From the NCBI RefSeq assembly GCF_009914755.1, contig NC_060928.1: a stretch of 64,000 nucleotides of DNA; one strand, 5' to 3'. The position numbers and the translations under genes are program-made. The notes under the pieces were generated by a model. The model had not been told where the DNA came from, did not search any database, and worked only from the letters and a program-made list of their open reading frames with translations. Positions 1-13,168 of this stretch are shown piece by piece (position 1 is the stretch's first letter; each line of letters begins with the position of its first letter). The stretch is from the human T2T-CHM13v2.0 reference genome, Homo sapiens.

Positions 1-169
1 ATCAATTTAGCCTCCATCCATATCAGTTATAAAGCTGCAGAACAACCAAAGAGTCCTGTGACGTAGCACTAGAGGCTTCATTCCAGATTAAAATTAGTAA
101 TTAATCAATATTACCTATCTTTATTGTTCAATCCTCTTAGCAATTACTTGGAAGACAAAATAAGTAATG

Positions 170-515
170 CTGGTTAAATTTTAAGATGGCATAAATCTGA
201 GAGAAATAGTTAATATTTTGAATTCCACATGACTCAAAGGTTCTTGCTAGGCTGGAGCAACGGAAAACAATTTATATGAAATATCACAAAAATAAACATA
301 ACCCTGCACTTAAGTTCAAAATGCCATTTTAGCTACATTATGTTTTACCAGAAATCACGTGAAAAACTAGCGGGGTTTTAGTGTGTGCCTTAAAATCAGG
401 AGAAGCCAGTGTGATATGGCTGCCCAAAATGCTAACAGAATTTTAGATGACAGTAATAGACATCTAGTCCAAAACAGGAGAGGTAATGGTTCTGTTGTAC
501 AGTGGTCAGATATCA
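170..515 (+). mobile_element. L3/CR1 LINE fragment (ancient)
   Basis: cagtgtgatatggctgcccaaaatgctaac...tagtccaaaacaggagaggtaatggttctgttgtac resembles the CR1/L3 ORF2 3' consensus as recalled; boundaries approximate. Confidence 0.6.
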
Positions 516-569
516 CATCACTAAGAGAGAAAAGGTAACACAACCTCCTTCACCAACTCTGCAAATTCG

Positions 570-695
570 AAGAAGTCGTCATTTGAGCCTTAGTGTTCTC
601 ATCTGAAAATGGAAATAATAACACCTGACAAAGATATTCTCATGAAATCATTGTAAAATCAAATGAGTTAGTCTTCATAAAAGTGTTTTGAAAAT
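570..695 (+). mobile_element. MIR SINE fragment
   Basis: MIR core-like gccttagtgttctcatctgaaaatggaaataataacacc. Confidence 0.6.
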
Positions 696-709
696 TATGA
701 AGTATCATT

Positions 710-1226
710 GCTCTGGACATCTGCTGTTTGTCATTCAACAATCATCTTCCTCTTTTTGGCAATTGCAATTCAGCCCTCCTTTGGGGAATCTCTCCTCCAC
801 CATTTTGACCATGTGGTGGGCCCAACTTGGCTGAGGCTGCAGAGATTGGTTTAGGAATGGCCACATGACCCAGTCAGAGCCAAGGAGACATGAGGAGACT
901 ATGCTAGGGCTTTTGAGAACAAAGAGCTCTTGCTCCTTAGCTATATTTGGTCATATAAAGAGTCGAGTCTTGTGATAGCATCCTGCTACCCAGGGAGAAG
1001 TCAGCCTGAAGATGAAGCTTAACCAACAGAAGTGGCGGGGAAAGGCACAAATGAAAGAGACAAAGAAACTAAGCCCTGATGACCTCATTTGATATTCTGG
1101 ATCAGACCCTCCCAGCCAAAGCCAGTATTCCCTTGCAGTGTTCTATATTCCAAGCCCATATATTACTTTTTTTTAAGTCAGTTTGAGCAGGGTTTTTATG
1201 TCACTTGCAACAGAAAGAGTCCTACA
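710..1226 (+). mobile_element. MLT1 (J/K-like) MaLR solo LTR
   Basis: ggccacatgacccagtcagagccaa internal motif and 3' end gtttgagcagggtttttatgtcacttgcaacagaaagagtcct, typical of old MLT1. Confidence 0.7.
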
Positions 1227-1892
1227 ATTGTGCATATATTCTAATGTCTTGGAAAATCTAGTTATTCAAATATATGGAAATAATACATGATAGAGTTTTC
1301 AAATGGAAAAGATAGATTCTACAAAAATCAAATTTCTTTACATTGTGTTAGATTATTATGCTTATGTTAGATTGTTATGTTAGACTGTGTTTACTAATAC
1401 GAGCAAAATTTCATTATTGACTATGTCTTGGATTCTAAGACTTACATAAGGATTTATATAACAACTTTGTTCTAAAAAGAATTTTTTTAGCATTCTGCCT
1501 CTGGGAAATCCATGTTTCCAGCCTACCCCATCTTGTCTTCCTTGTCTTCCTGCTGAGCTAATAGCCAGATCTCCAACTAAAACAGCAGTGCCCATTTCTG
1601 ATTAATGGGACCTTTCTCCCCACCTTTTTTAATGGCTTTCTCCCATTGTGATTTCAATCAGAACATTGCTGGGAATCCCTCCTGGTGCCTCTCCAGGACC
1701 ACTTCTATTGCCATTTCTTATAGACTCCTCCTCAGGAAGAGAAAAGCCAAAGAAATGTCCCCATACTCCAAAGCTGGAATCAATGTGGAATACGGAGAAA
1801 TAAATTATAGCATTTTCCAGCCAGAAAGGCCTATAGGCATCATCACCTGATCAGCAATGGGCTAAATCCAGCCCACCTGATTTTTATTTTTA

Positions 1893-2052
1893 ATTTTTAA
1901 AAATATTTTATTTAACCTAATACATCTAAAATATTATTTCACATGCAATGAATGAAAACATTATTAATGAGATAATTTATATTTTATCATTCTAAGTCTT
2001 CAAAATCCAGTGTGTGTTCTGTACTTAAAGTATATCTCAATTGGGCTATACC
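1893..2052 (+). mobile_element. MER33 internal fragment without termini
   Basis: attttatttaacctaatacatctaaaatattat...ctaagtcttcaaaatccagtgtgtg...tctcaattgggcta matches the MER33 interior as recalled. Confidence 0.75.
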
Positions 2053-2708
2053 TTTTTTTTTATTATACTTTAAGTTCTAGGGTACATGTGCACAACGTGC
2101 AGGTTTGTTACATAGGTATACATGCGCTACGTTGTTTTGCTGCACCCATCAACTCATCATTTACATTAGGTATTTCTCCTAATGCTATCCCTCCCATAGC
2201 CCTCCATCCCCCAACAGGCCCCAGTGTGTGATGTTCCCTGCCCTGTGTCCAAGTGTTCTCATTGTTCAGTTCCCACCTATGAGTGAGAATATGCGGTGTT
2301 TGGTTTTCTATCCTTGTGATAGTTTGCTCAGAATGATGGTTTCCAGCTTCATCCATGTCCCTGCAAAGGACATGAACTCATCTTTTTTTATGGCTGCATA
2401 GTATTCCATGGTGTATATGTGCCACATTTTCTTAATCCAGTCTATCATTGATGGACATTTGAGTTTGTTCCAAGTCTTTGCTGTTGTGAATAGTGCCACA
2501 ATAAACTTACGTGTCCATGTGTCTTTATAGTAGCATGATTTATGATGCTTTGGGTACATACCCAGTAATGGGATCACTGGGTCAAATGGTATTTCTAGTT
2601 CTGGATCTTGAGGAATGGCCACACTGTCTTCCACAATGGTTGAACTAATTTACACTCCCACCAACAGTGTAAAAGCATTCCTATTTCTCCACATCCTCTC
2701 CAGCATCT
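2053..2708 (-). mobile_element. 5'-truncated L1PA (about PA6-8) 3' end
   Basis: poly-T then L1 3'UTR (attatactttaagttctagggtacatgtgcac); ORF 2308-2634 encodes the ORF2p C-terminus (CPSMIDWIKKMWHIYTMEYYAAIK). Confidence 0.95.
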
Positions 2709-3299
2709 CTGATTTTTATTTTCAATTGTTTTATACACAAAGTTTAATTTGAACACAGCCATGCCTGTTTGTTACATATATTTGTCTGCTTTCATGCTAT
2801 AATAGCAAAGTTAAATGGTTATGACAGAGACCATATGGCCTGCAAAGCCTAAAATATTTACTATCTGGCCCTTTATACAGAAAAAGTTTGCTAACCTCTA
2901 ATCTAGTCCAAACACCTAGTTTTTAAAAAAAGCAGCTTAGGCCCAGAAAGACTAGCTAATCATACACAAGAGGCCAAATGCAAGTTTGTTTCACACGGTG
3001 GTATTTTCATGTTCTATTCCTATGCATCTACTAGATTAGAGGTATCTTATGGGCAGAGATTGTGCCTCATGTTTCTGTGATATCCCAAACAATAGAGGCT
3101 AAATACTGAAGTATCCATTAAAACTAGTTATATAAATGCGAAGGTATTGAGGAGATAATGAATTTATTCAGAGACTTCTATATAAACCGTTTCCCCTCCT
3201 GCCTCCACAGCCTCCAAATATTTGTAGCCAAAAACCAATGATTCTCCACAGGACATCAAGTCACTATCTGTGACATCATCTATAAAATGGCATGAAAGT

Positions 3300-3400
3300 A
3301 TCCACTTCACAGAATGGCGAGGCTCAGATGAGATAAAGTGTGGAAGGCATGTAGCACAGAGCCTAGCACATGTCAAACACTCAAAGAGTAGTGGGTTACT
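3300..3400 (+). mobile_element. MIR fragment
   Basis: agatgagataaagtgtggaaggcatgtagcacagagcctagcaca, MIR 3' end. Confidence 0.55.
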
Positions 3401-4169
3401 ATGATGACTATCATAAAAATGGAGGCACCCTGAGACATCACTGGGTCTTACAGGGAACATGTATTTTGCTTATATTACTGTACTGGGGACTTCTCTCAGA
3501 TACCCTTATAAGCAGTGGGGGAATATATATAAAGGTGGGTTCCAACACTTCATTTCTGCAAACAATTGAATCCATTTTCAATTGCTGTCACCCGAGGAAG
3601 TTAGAGCACAAGTGACAGAAACAGGGTTCTCCCAGATCCCAACAGCACATGTAATACTAGAAGGAGAGAAAAAGATTCTTTCCCTGGGGCTAAGGCATTA
3701 CAAGTGTCAGTACTTAATAAAGTAAGGAAAAACATAGTATTGTGTCAAATAGCGTGTGTACAGTATGAATCCAATTGTGGCCAAGGACATTCTCCCTACC
3801 ATGGAAATGGTCCCACCCAATACCAGGGGCTTTCCTCTGGCCACACCAGCCCTTGTCTATTCTGACTAAACCTTCTTTAAATGTTATGGCCATAACTGTC
3901 CCAGCTAATAGGAATGTATCATCATCGTTCAACAGCATACCGCATTTATTGCATGAAACTTTTAGCTATGGGCAAAATATTTCCACCATCCAGCCCATCC
4001 TCTTGCCAAATAATTATGCTTATAAAATTATTTCGTATTTTGGTAGTCCCCAATATGGAAATAAGAAGGAAATAATAAGCCTATGATCCCATGCAAATAG
4101 AAAGAGCCAAGTACTCATCCTCCACTCCACCTCTCTTCCTGGTCCAAGGTGGTATATCGCAATGCCCCT

Positions 4170-4408
4170 TTTGTTTGTTGTTGTTGTTTGTTGCTGTTTT
4201 TGTTTTGAGACAAGGTCTTTCTCTCTTGCCCAGGCTGGAGTGCAGTAGCACAGTCATAGCTCACTGCAGCCTCAAACTCCTGGGCTCAAGCAATCCCCCT
4301 GCCTTAGTCTCCTGAGTAGCTGGAACTACAGGCATGTGTCACCACACCCAGGTAATTTTTTAATTTCTTTTTTTTGTAGAGATAGCATCTCACTATGTTG
4401 CCCAGGTT
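4170..4408 (-). mobile_element. 5'-truncated AluJ
   Basis: Alu right arm plus part of left arm on minus strand; flanking direct repeat gcaatgcccc (4159, 4409). Confidence 0.9.
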
Positions 4409-6524
4409 GCAATGCCCCCTTAAATAAATGCCCCTTTAGAAACTAACAAGAACATGTAGAACAATATAGTCTATCCTCTCCTCTACCCAATATCTTCTTT
4501 TGATACTAATCACAGGGAGTAAAAATTTTTCCAGAGTCACTTAGTCCATATCAGGAATCAAACCCTACATGTGGTCCTCTGTGATGTGCTAAACTCATCT
4601 GCTTAGGTCCTGGCAGCCAGAAGAGATTACTGGGGCTAATAACTAGTAAACTCCCACATTAGGAGGGCCTTTTCCACCCCGGCCCCCATTCCTACTGCCA
4701 CCATCTGTGTTTGTTCTTTTGCTACATAAGAACTCAAACTGGGTGGTGGGCCTGTTATTTTTAAAAGTCTTTTAGTAGCGTCTATACCCAGAACTGCCTC
4801 ATCACAATTATCCTCACCAAACAAGGAAACTTCACATTGAGAATGGATATGGTTTTCAGCCAGCACCAAATGTCTCTCCTTCTGCCTTTTTGTCTTTCCG
4901 ATCAATCAGAACATGTGAAACTCCCAAATGAAGAGTAAACACACAGCCCAGGTTCCTTTCATCTCCTAACATATGTCATGAAGGGGGAGGGAAAAAAGTC
5001 TATTCCCAGCTTCAATCAGCCCTTCGTATTCTGTGACTTGAGCCTGAAACTGAAAGGGATGTTGCGGGGCGCTGTGGAGGAGTGCTGAATGTGGGCTGAC
5101 TCCTTGGAAGATAATAGGTATTCACTGCATACCTGAGTCTTGGAGTCATTATCTCCCCTGTGAGCACTTCTGTATTTATATATAATGAGATCATTACCAG
5201 GCAGCTATTTCAATTTTATTCAGACTTTAATATTTCTTGAAGAAAAAAATAGCGTACAAAAGGGTTTGTGATGCCAACTCAATCAGTCGTGCTGTTGATG
5301 GAGAATTATTCAAGTGCAAGCCAGAACAGGCAAAAAAAATTTTCAGAGAGGTTTCTGTCAAAGCTGAGTTCTCCCGTGATGATGTTTCAAGCGAATGTGC
5401 CGAAGTGTCCAGAGGTGAGGAAGGAAAATAACAACGAACAGAAGAAAGGGCTGTGTATAGGATTAAAAACGAGGCACGTTGCAGCTTAACTATTCAGGCA
5501 GGTAGGGCAGGTGCCTCCTGCCGAGACTCGACTCCCACCCCAGCTTTCAGTGGGTAATTAGACCAGGGAAGTAGCTTTACTTGCTGTCGGCTTCCCTAGG
5601 AGCAGTCAGGTTTTAGAAATTAACCCTTTGGTGGGTGCTACTTCCTTTTGTGATTGAACTCAGGTGGATAGGCAAGGTAGGTAAAGGCAATTCCTTCCTC
5701 CTCTCACAACAAGCTTTAAAGAAGAGATTTTCTGTCTCTTCAGTCTCATTGCATCTTCAGGGGGAAAAAAAAACAGAAGAATTTTCTTTCCCTTTGTCCA
5801 GTAAACCCCTGTTCATAGAAAATGGCTAGAAATTCAGTACCCCTGCTAATTCTGGGAAAGGCTCTATCCATTTTCAGCAAATTACAAAATCAAATGAAAT
5901 CAATTGAATACTGAAACTGAACAAAAAAGAATCTCTCTTGATAATCCAGACAGCACCACAGGATGATGCCAAGCCTTGGGTGACAACTATGAAGGTGGCT
6001 CCTCACTGGCCCCCACTTCTAGAAATACACCTGCTAATGTGAGCTCTCTGGATGTTTGCACTTTGGATAAACACAAGCTTACTGATTCATTTCTGGGATC
6101 TATGGTTTATCCTGTGATACAAATCCAAGAAGACTATCATTTTAGCTATTCGCTCCCTGTCCTGATACTGCAGATGGGAATAAGCAGATGGAGCAGGGAT
6201 GCAGACTTGTCATCATATAAACATGAAATGAAAGGATCCTGGCTCTTTTCTTATGGTGGTTGTAAAGCACCCATTATTTTTCCCCTAGCACTTCCTAACA
6301 GGCAAAACCAAAATAACATTGGAAGGAAATTTACAGAATGCTCATGCTATCCGCTGAACCCCCAGACACTACTCAAAATAGCATTGGTAGATTGTTTTTT
6401 ATTATTTGTATTATTCTACTTAAAGAGATACCCTGTAATGGTTAGGAGTTAGTTCTGGTAAAATTATTAAGGCTATTTTATGGATCCTAGTCTTAGGATG
6501 TACTCGATGTTTAGAAATCAGTTT

Positions 6525-6655
6525 GGGAAGGAAGGAAAGAAGCGGGAGGGAGGAAGAGAGGAAGTGAGGGAGGGAGAAAGGAAAGAGGGAAAGAGAAAAG
6601 GAAGAAAGGAAGGGCAGGCAAGTGGGTGGGAGGAGGAGAGAAGAGAGGGAGGATA
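6525..6655. repeat. GA-rich (GGAA)n low-complexity tract
   Basis: near-pure purine tract on + strand. Confidence 0.85.
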
Positions 6656-6754
6656 GAGACCTCGTGGCTCCATGAAATGTAGCTATCTCTGCCATAATCT
6701 ATACTATGTAGGTAAAGAAGTGCATCAAAATAGTCCTTAAAAAACACTTGAACT

Positions 6755-8562
6755 GGAATGCGCTCCCTCTCCCTCTCCCTCTCCCTCTCCCCATGGTCTC
6801 CCTCTCCCCATGGTCTCCCTCTCCCTCTCTTTCCACGGTCTCCCTCTCATGCCGAGCAGAAGCTGGACTATACTGCTGCCATCTCGGCTCACTGCAACCT
6901 CCCTGGCCTGATTCTCCTGCCTCAGCCTGCGGAGTGCCTGCAATTGCAGGCGCGCACCGCCACGCCTGACTGGTTTTCGTATTTTTTTGGTGGAGACGGG
7001 GTTTCGCTGTGTTGGCCGGGCTGGTCTCCAGCTCCTAACCGCGAGTGATCAGCCAGCCTCGGCCTCCCGAGGTGCCGGGATTGCAGACGGAGTCTGGTTC
7101 ACTCAGTGCTCAATGGCGCCCAGGCTGGAGTGCAGTGGCGTGATCTCGGCTGGCTACAACCTCCACCTCCCAGCCGCCTGCCTTGGCCTCCCAGAAGTGC
7201 CGAGATTGCAGCCTCTGCTCAGCCACCACCCCGTCTGGGAAGTGAGGAGCGTCTCTGCCTGGCCGCCCATCGTCTGGGATGTGAGGAGCCCCTCTGCCTG
7301 GCTGCCCAGTCTGGAAAGTGAGGAGCGTCTCTGCCCGGCCGCCATCCCATCTGGGAAGTGAGGAGCGCCTCTTCCCGGCCGCCATCACATCTAGGAAGTG
7401 AGGAGCGTCTCTGCCCGGCCGCCCATCGTCTGGGATGTGGGGAGCGCCTCTGCCCCGCCACCCCGTCTGGGAGGTGAGGAGCGTCTCTGCCGGGCCGCCC
7501 CGTCTGAGAAGTGAGGAGACCCTCCACCCGGCAGCCACCCAGTATGAGAAGTGAGGAGCCTCTCCGCCCGGCAGCCGCCCCGTCTGAGAAGTGAGGAGCC
7601 TCTCCGCCCGGCAGCCACCCCGTCTGGGAAGTGAGGAGCATCTCCACCCGGCAGCCACCCCATCCGGGAGGGAGGTGGGGGGGTCAGCCCCCCACCCGGC
7701 CAGCCGCCCCGTCCGGGAGGTGAGGGGCGCCTCTGCCCAGCCACCCCTACTGGGAAGTGAGGAGCCCCTCTGCCCAGCCAGCCGCCCTGTCCAGGAGGGA
7801 GGTGGGGGGGTCAGCCCCCCGCCCGGCCAGCCACCCCGTCCGGAAGGTGAGGGGCGCCTCTGCCCGGCCGCCCCTACTGGGAAGTGAGGAGCCCCTCTGC
7901 CCAGCCAGCCGCCCCCTCCGGGAGGGAGGTGAGGGGGTCAGCCCCCCGCCCGGCCAGCCGCCCCATCCGGGAGGTGAGGGGCGCCTCTGCCCGGCCGCCC
8001 CTACTGGGAAGTGAGGAGCCCCTCTGCCCGGCCACCACCCCGTCTGGGAGGTGTGCCCAACAGCTCATTGAGAACGGGCCAGGATGACAATGGCAGCTTT
8101 GTGGAATAGAAAGGGGGGAAAGGTGGGGAAAAGATTGAGAAATCGGATGGTTGCCGTGTCTGTGTAGAAAGAAGTAGACATGGGAGACTTTTCATTTTGT
8201 TCTGTACTAAGAAAAATTCTTCTGCCTTGGGATCCTGTTGATCTGTGACCTTACCCCCAACCCTGTGCTCTCTGAAACATGTGCTGTGTCCACTCAGAGT
8301 TAAATGGATTAAGGGCGGTGCAAGATGTGCTTTGTTAAACAGATGCTTGAAGGCAGCATGCTCGTTAAGAGTCATCACCACTCCCTAATCTCAAGTACCC
8401 AGGGACACAAACGCTGCGGAAGGCCGCACAGTCCTCTGCCTAGGAAAACCAGAGACCTTTGTTCACTTGTTTATCTGCTGACCTTCCCTCCACTATTGTC
8501 CTATGACCCTGCCAAATCCCCCTCTGTGAGAAACACCCAAGAATGATCAATAAAAAAAAAAA
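6755..8562 (+). mobile_element. Full-length SVA retrotransposon (SVA_D-like)
   Basis: (CCCTCT)n head, antisense Alu-like domain, GC-rich VNTR (~7210-8050), SINE-R ending gaatgatcaataaa plus poly-A; TSD aaaaaacacttgaact at 6739-6754 and 8563-8578, preceded by TT (L1 endonuclease site). Confidence 0.97.
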
Positions 8563-9199
8563 AAAAAACACTTGAACTTAAAAGAGATGTAAATGTGAAA
8601 ATGGAAACAATTTTCTCTCCTCAATTAAATCCACAATAGCTAGTCATAGTAATTATTTTAAGATTAACTCCCTGAAAAGGGGAAGAATCAGCCCAAGTAA
8701 GACTTATTAAATGTCTGTCCATTGTTCACTATTGCACTATTACGTGTTAACAAGTTTGGGGGTGGGAGAAGCAGTATGTGTGCATGTTGGGGGAGGCAGG
8801 TGAGAGAGAGAGAAAGAGAAATTTCATTGACCATCAACATGGATTCTCCAGGGAGCACGATAACCCAACAGAGTTCCTCCATCTGCCTCCCTTGGGCAAA
8901 GAGCACCCTTGACTATATCAACCTTTTGATCTTCCCTCCCAGCCTTAAAAGAAGAGATCTCTCTTTTTCTCAAAAACCAACTGCCTCTCCAGCATTCTCA
9001 CCCTATCCTCCAGTGGTCCTTTCCTTCTGTCACCAAATATGTTGATGCTCCTCTTCCACAGAAGATCCTCCCTAGGCTGCTGTCAGGAGAGTTGGATCCC
9101 AGCCCTGCTCTTCCATGGACTGGCCATGAGACCAGCAAGACTGCTGGGAACATCATTTTCTCTCATGCTTACCCTAGTACTGCCTCAAATATTGCTTTA

Positions 9200-9450
9200 T
9201 TTTGATCTCTTCTTTACTAGCAAAATCACCTCACCACTCATTCTCTCTGGACACATCAGAAATGTGGCTTTCATGCTCTCCAAACCATTAAAATTGCTCT
9301 TTCAAATCATCAAATTAAACTATTTTGCCAAGTCACATAGTCTGAACTGATTCTTAATCCCTTGGACTTTTTGCTGTATCTGACGTGACTGAAGAAATTC
9401 TTCTTGCAACCCTTTTTTTCTGAGCTCCCCACACTGATCCCCTCATTGCC
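9200..9450 (+). mobile_element. L2 LINE fragment (degraded)
   Basis: L2 RT-like aaattgctctttcaaatcatcaa...ttgccaag...cttggactttttgctgtatctgac. Confidence 0.45.
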
Positions 9451-9830
9451 TGTTCCTCCCTGTCTCTATTTTGTCTGGTCCCACATGCTTGCTATGGGGC
9501 ACAAGGCTTTATTCACAGTCGGGCAGCCAGCTACACGTGATGGCTTCAGAAACGATAAAATACGCTCTCTAACCCCACCTTCCCCACCACCACCATACAC
9601 AGAGCACTCCCTCACACCAAATATTTGATTGAAGATGCATTCCTTTTGGTTAAAGTACTGTGTCTCACAGAAACTGCTATTCAAAAGTAAATAGCTCTCA
9701 GAAGCTTGTACATTAATTCATCATCTACTCATACAAAATTAATTTAATAGATAATTCATGTTTCCTCAGAAATAAAAAGGTGGCACACTGAGTAAATGGA
9801 GTCCACTATGAAGGAATGTCAACTCTATTA

Positions 9831-10475
<645 letters not shown>

Positions 10476-11839
10476 GTGAAATCATGTTCAAGAAAATGTT
10501 GTAAATATATACTTAATACCTATAAAAAACACTGTTTACATAATTAAAACATAACAAATTCCCATAATTGACACATGGCAAGGTCATAACCTATTAACTC
10601 TCCAGAATTCTCACCAAAGATGACAAATCTGATGCTCCCTTAGAAAGCCAAAGGTCTGTGGGAAGGAGGATTCTGGAAAAGTTAATTAGCAATATCTGTC
10701 TGTCAAGTTTCTGAAATAATATGATGATTTACTGTCAGAAATATGACAAAGAAGTTTCCTATTCTGCTCAATGTTTTCAGCAGAACAGCCCTTGTACTCT
10801 AAGCAGAGAAAATTGGTCACAGGATTTTGCTGTGAGCCCGCAAGGACCTGATTCCTTGTTCCCATAAATAGCTTTCTCTGCATATGTGCTCTGTGAGGAA
10901 CACTTAACCCTGTATCGTTGCTGTCAATAAAGTCTTGGAACCTGACCCTCTTGATTGGCTCACTACCATTTAAACCACTGTTGGCAATCACCATGCTGAA
11001 TATAAAGCAACTGAGTGTTCATTTGTCAGAGTTCAGCCTCTAATTTCTGAGGCTGCCCAAGTTGCTTCTTTCTATAGTCCTGGAGCCCAGATCAGTGAGT
11101 AGCAAATAAATGGTCTAGATACTCTATGTGAGGGTGGCCAATATTAAATTTCTCTTTTCTCTGCCTGCAAGATATACTCTGGTACCAGATTAATAAGATT
11201 ACACCTCCACTCTGGAGCAAAGTGCCACCTTTAATCATTTTCAGAATGGACCACCCGACCCTCCACTCATTAGGTTTATGAACAATAGGAAAAGATCACC
11301 AGGTGACAGCAAAGGCCAAAAATACCATGTCTCTGAAGACCTTCTTATGAAAGGTCTTATGAATCAAAGCAAGGGCATCGCAGCCTGATATTTCACAAAC
11401 AGAGGGAAGAAAAATTGAGAACCCCTAGTGTTTGTAATAAGGGAAACTTTGAAAATTGTATTAAAATCAGAACTACAGAGCATTTGAAAGGAATATCCTT
11501 ACATTGAACACTAACATCATAAAATGAAATTCGAGCACATCCTAGAAACTGAGTGAATGGTGGATGTCACTAGGCTGATTCTTGGGTTCTCGGCCTCCTT
11601 ATGAGCCTGACTAGCCATGTCTTGTAGGAGAAAACAAGATGGGGTCAGAGGGCAAAAAGAGAGTCTCTTGCCCCCCTGCAAGTAAATGCTACCATGAATG
11701 GGGTCTGATTATAGGAAACACTGCCTAAAGGTGACTTATTTAGTTATTCTTTTCATGAAAGAAGACACCTACCCTCTTATATCAACAAGATGTCTTCTTC
11801 CAGAAGCCATTAGAGCAGGAGTTCTTAGTTGCCCTATAT

Positions 11840-12062
11840 CAGGGATTAGCAAATTACAGCCACAGGCCAAGTCTAGCCCACCATCTGTTCTTATAAATAA
11901 AGTTTTATTGGAACACAGCCACACTTATTAGTTTACATATTGTCTAGGGCTGCTTTCTTCCTTCAGTGGTAGAGTTGAGTAGTTATAGCAGAGATCTTAC
12001 AGACTGCAAAGTCTCAGGTATTAATTATTTGACCTTTCACAGAAGGAGTCTACTAACTTTTG
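11840..12062 (+). mobile_element. MER58A hAT MITE, complete
   Basis: cagggattagcaaattacagcc...aaataaagttttattggaacacagcc; 8-bp hAT TSD ccctatat at 11832-11839 and 12063-12070. Confidence 0.9.
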
Positions 12063-12099
12063 CCCTATATCTTCCAGGGCCAAATTTAAAATAATTATA

Positions 12100-12760
12100 A
12101 TAAAAGTCAATGTTTATCCAACTTTTCTAATGTGCAATGTGCTATTCAACACTATACATGAACTATATTATTAGATCTCCACAACTGCTCTAGGAAGTAG
12201 GTACTTTTGTTTTCTTCATTTTAAAAGAGAAGGACCCGATGCTTACAGAACTAATAAGATCTCAGAACTAGGAAGTGGTGAAAGCAGAATTCAAAGTCTG
12301 TCAGTCTGACTCCAGTACCCCGTAACATATTAAACATATAAACACTGGTAAACAGTAGATACCATTTACCAAGCGCTCACATACACTAGCCTTTGCATAT
12401 ATTGTCTCTAAAGCTTACCACTGCCTATGCTTGTATTTCCAAAAGATCAGGGAACAGGCACCCAGACTGGTGAAGTGATTTGCCCAAGATCAGACGGTGG
12501 AGAGTAGAAAATCCTGTGTTCAAACTTAGACTCCATAGTGCTTTCATTATATATGCCACCTCATTGCAGAAAGACAGTATTTCAGAAATAATATAATAGA
12601 CAGAAATTGTATTTTTTTTTTCTAACTTCCCATTCTGTCTAGAAAGACTATGAGTTAACACGCCCAGGTTCTAGCCCTCGCTTAGTCATTAATGATCTTT
12701 GTGGCCCCTGGCAGGTCATTTAATCCCTTCTGATGTTGGTTTCCTGGTTGGCAAAGGAGG
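12100..12760. mobile_element. Cluster of MIR fragments
   Basis: MIR-like motifs (ctcacaactgctctaggaagtaggtac; aagtgatttgcccaagatcag; ggttctagccctcgctt). Confidence 0.55.
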
Positions 12761-12856
12761 TAGTTCAGGTTGGCTGCTCTGTAAGATCTTGCAGCCTCCA
12801 ACACTCTCTAAACCTTCAGTCCTGTTTCCTCAGAGAAATACATGGTCACTTCCGCG

Positions 12857-12920
12857 CTCTCTCACTCTCTCTCTCTCTCTGTGTATGTGTGTGTGTGTGT
12901 CTGTGTGTGTCTCTGTATGT
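12857..12920. repeat. (CT)n(GT)n compound microsatellite
   Basis: seen directly. Confidence 0.9.
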
Positions 12921-13044
12921 TTTCCTGGTAATTCCAAACAACTATCTGAACAAACTAGGCAAGTTTTTGATTTAAAACTCCTCGAATTATAGGCATAAAC
13001 CACTACACCCAGCTCCATTTGTGTTAATTTATTTCTATCACATG

Positions 13045-13168
13045 TTTTTTTAAGAGATAAGCTCTGGCTATGTTGTCCAGGCTGGTCTTAAACTCCTGGG
13101 CTCAAGCAATCCTCCCCGCTCAGCCTCCAGAGTAGCTGGCACTACCAGCACACACCACACACCCAGCT
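13045..13168 (-). mobile_element. FLAM / Alu monomer
   Basis: single Alu arm: ctatgttgtccaggctggtcttaaactcctgggctcaagcaatcctc. Confidence 0.8.

Larger units (their letters stand above)
1850..2900 (+). mobile_element. MER58A hAT MITE split by an L1 insertion (parts ~1850-1890 and ~2723-2900)
   Basis: 5' part gggctaaatccagcccacctg; 3' part aaagtttaatttgaacacagcc...gcaaagcctaaaatatttactatctggccctttatacagaaaaagtttgc. Confidence 0.8.

Noticed and set aside
5976-6452. 158-aa ORF in unique sequence
   Set aside because: Non-ATG start, no recognisable domain, no splice or promoter support.
7210-8050. Regularly repeated 35-50 bp units resembling a repeat-spacer array
   Set aside because: This is the SVA VNTR; there are no unique spacers or cas genes and the DNA is primate.
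6737-8546. Many overlapping ORFs of 60-180 aa
   Set aside because: All lie in the GC-rich SVA Alu-like, VNTR or SINE-R regions.
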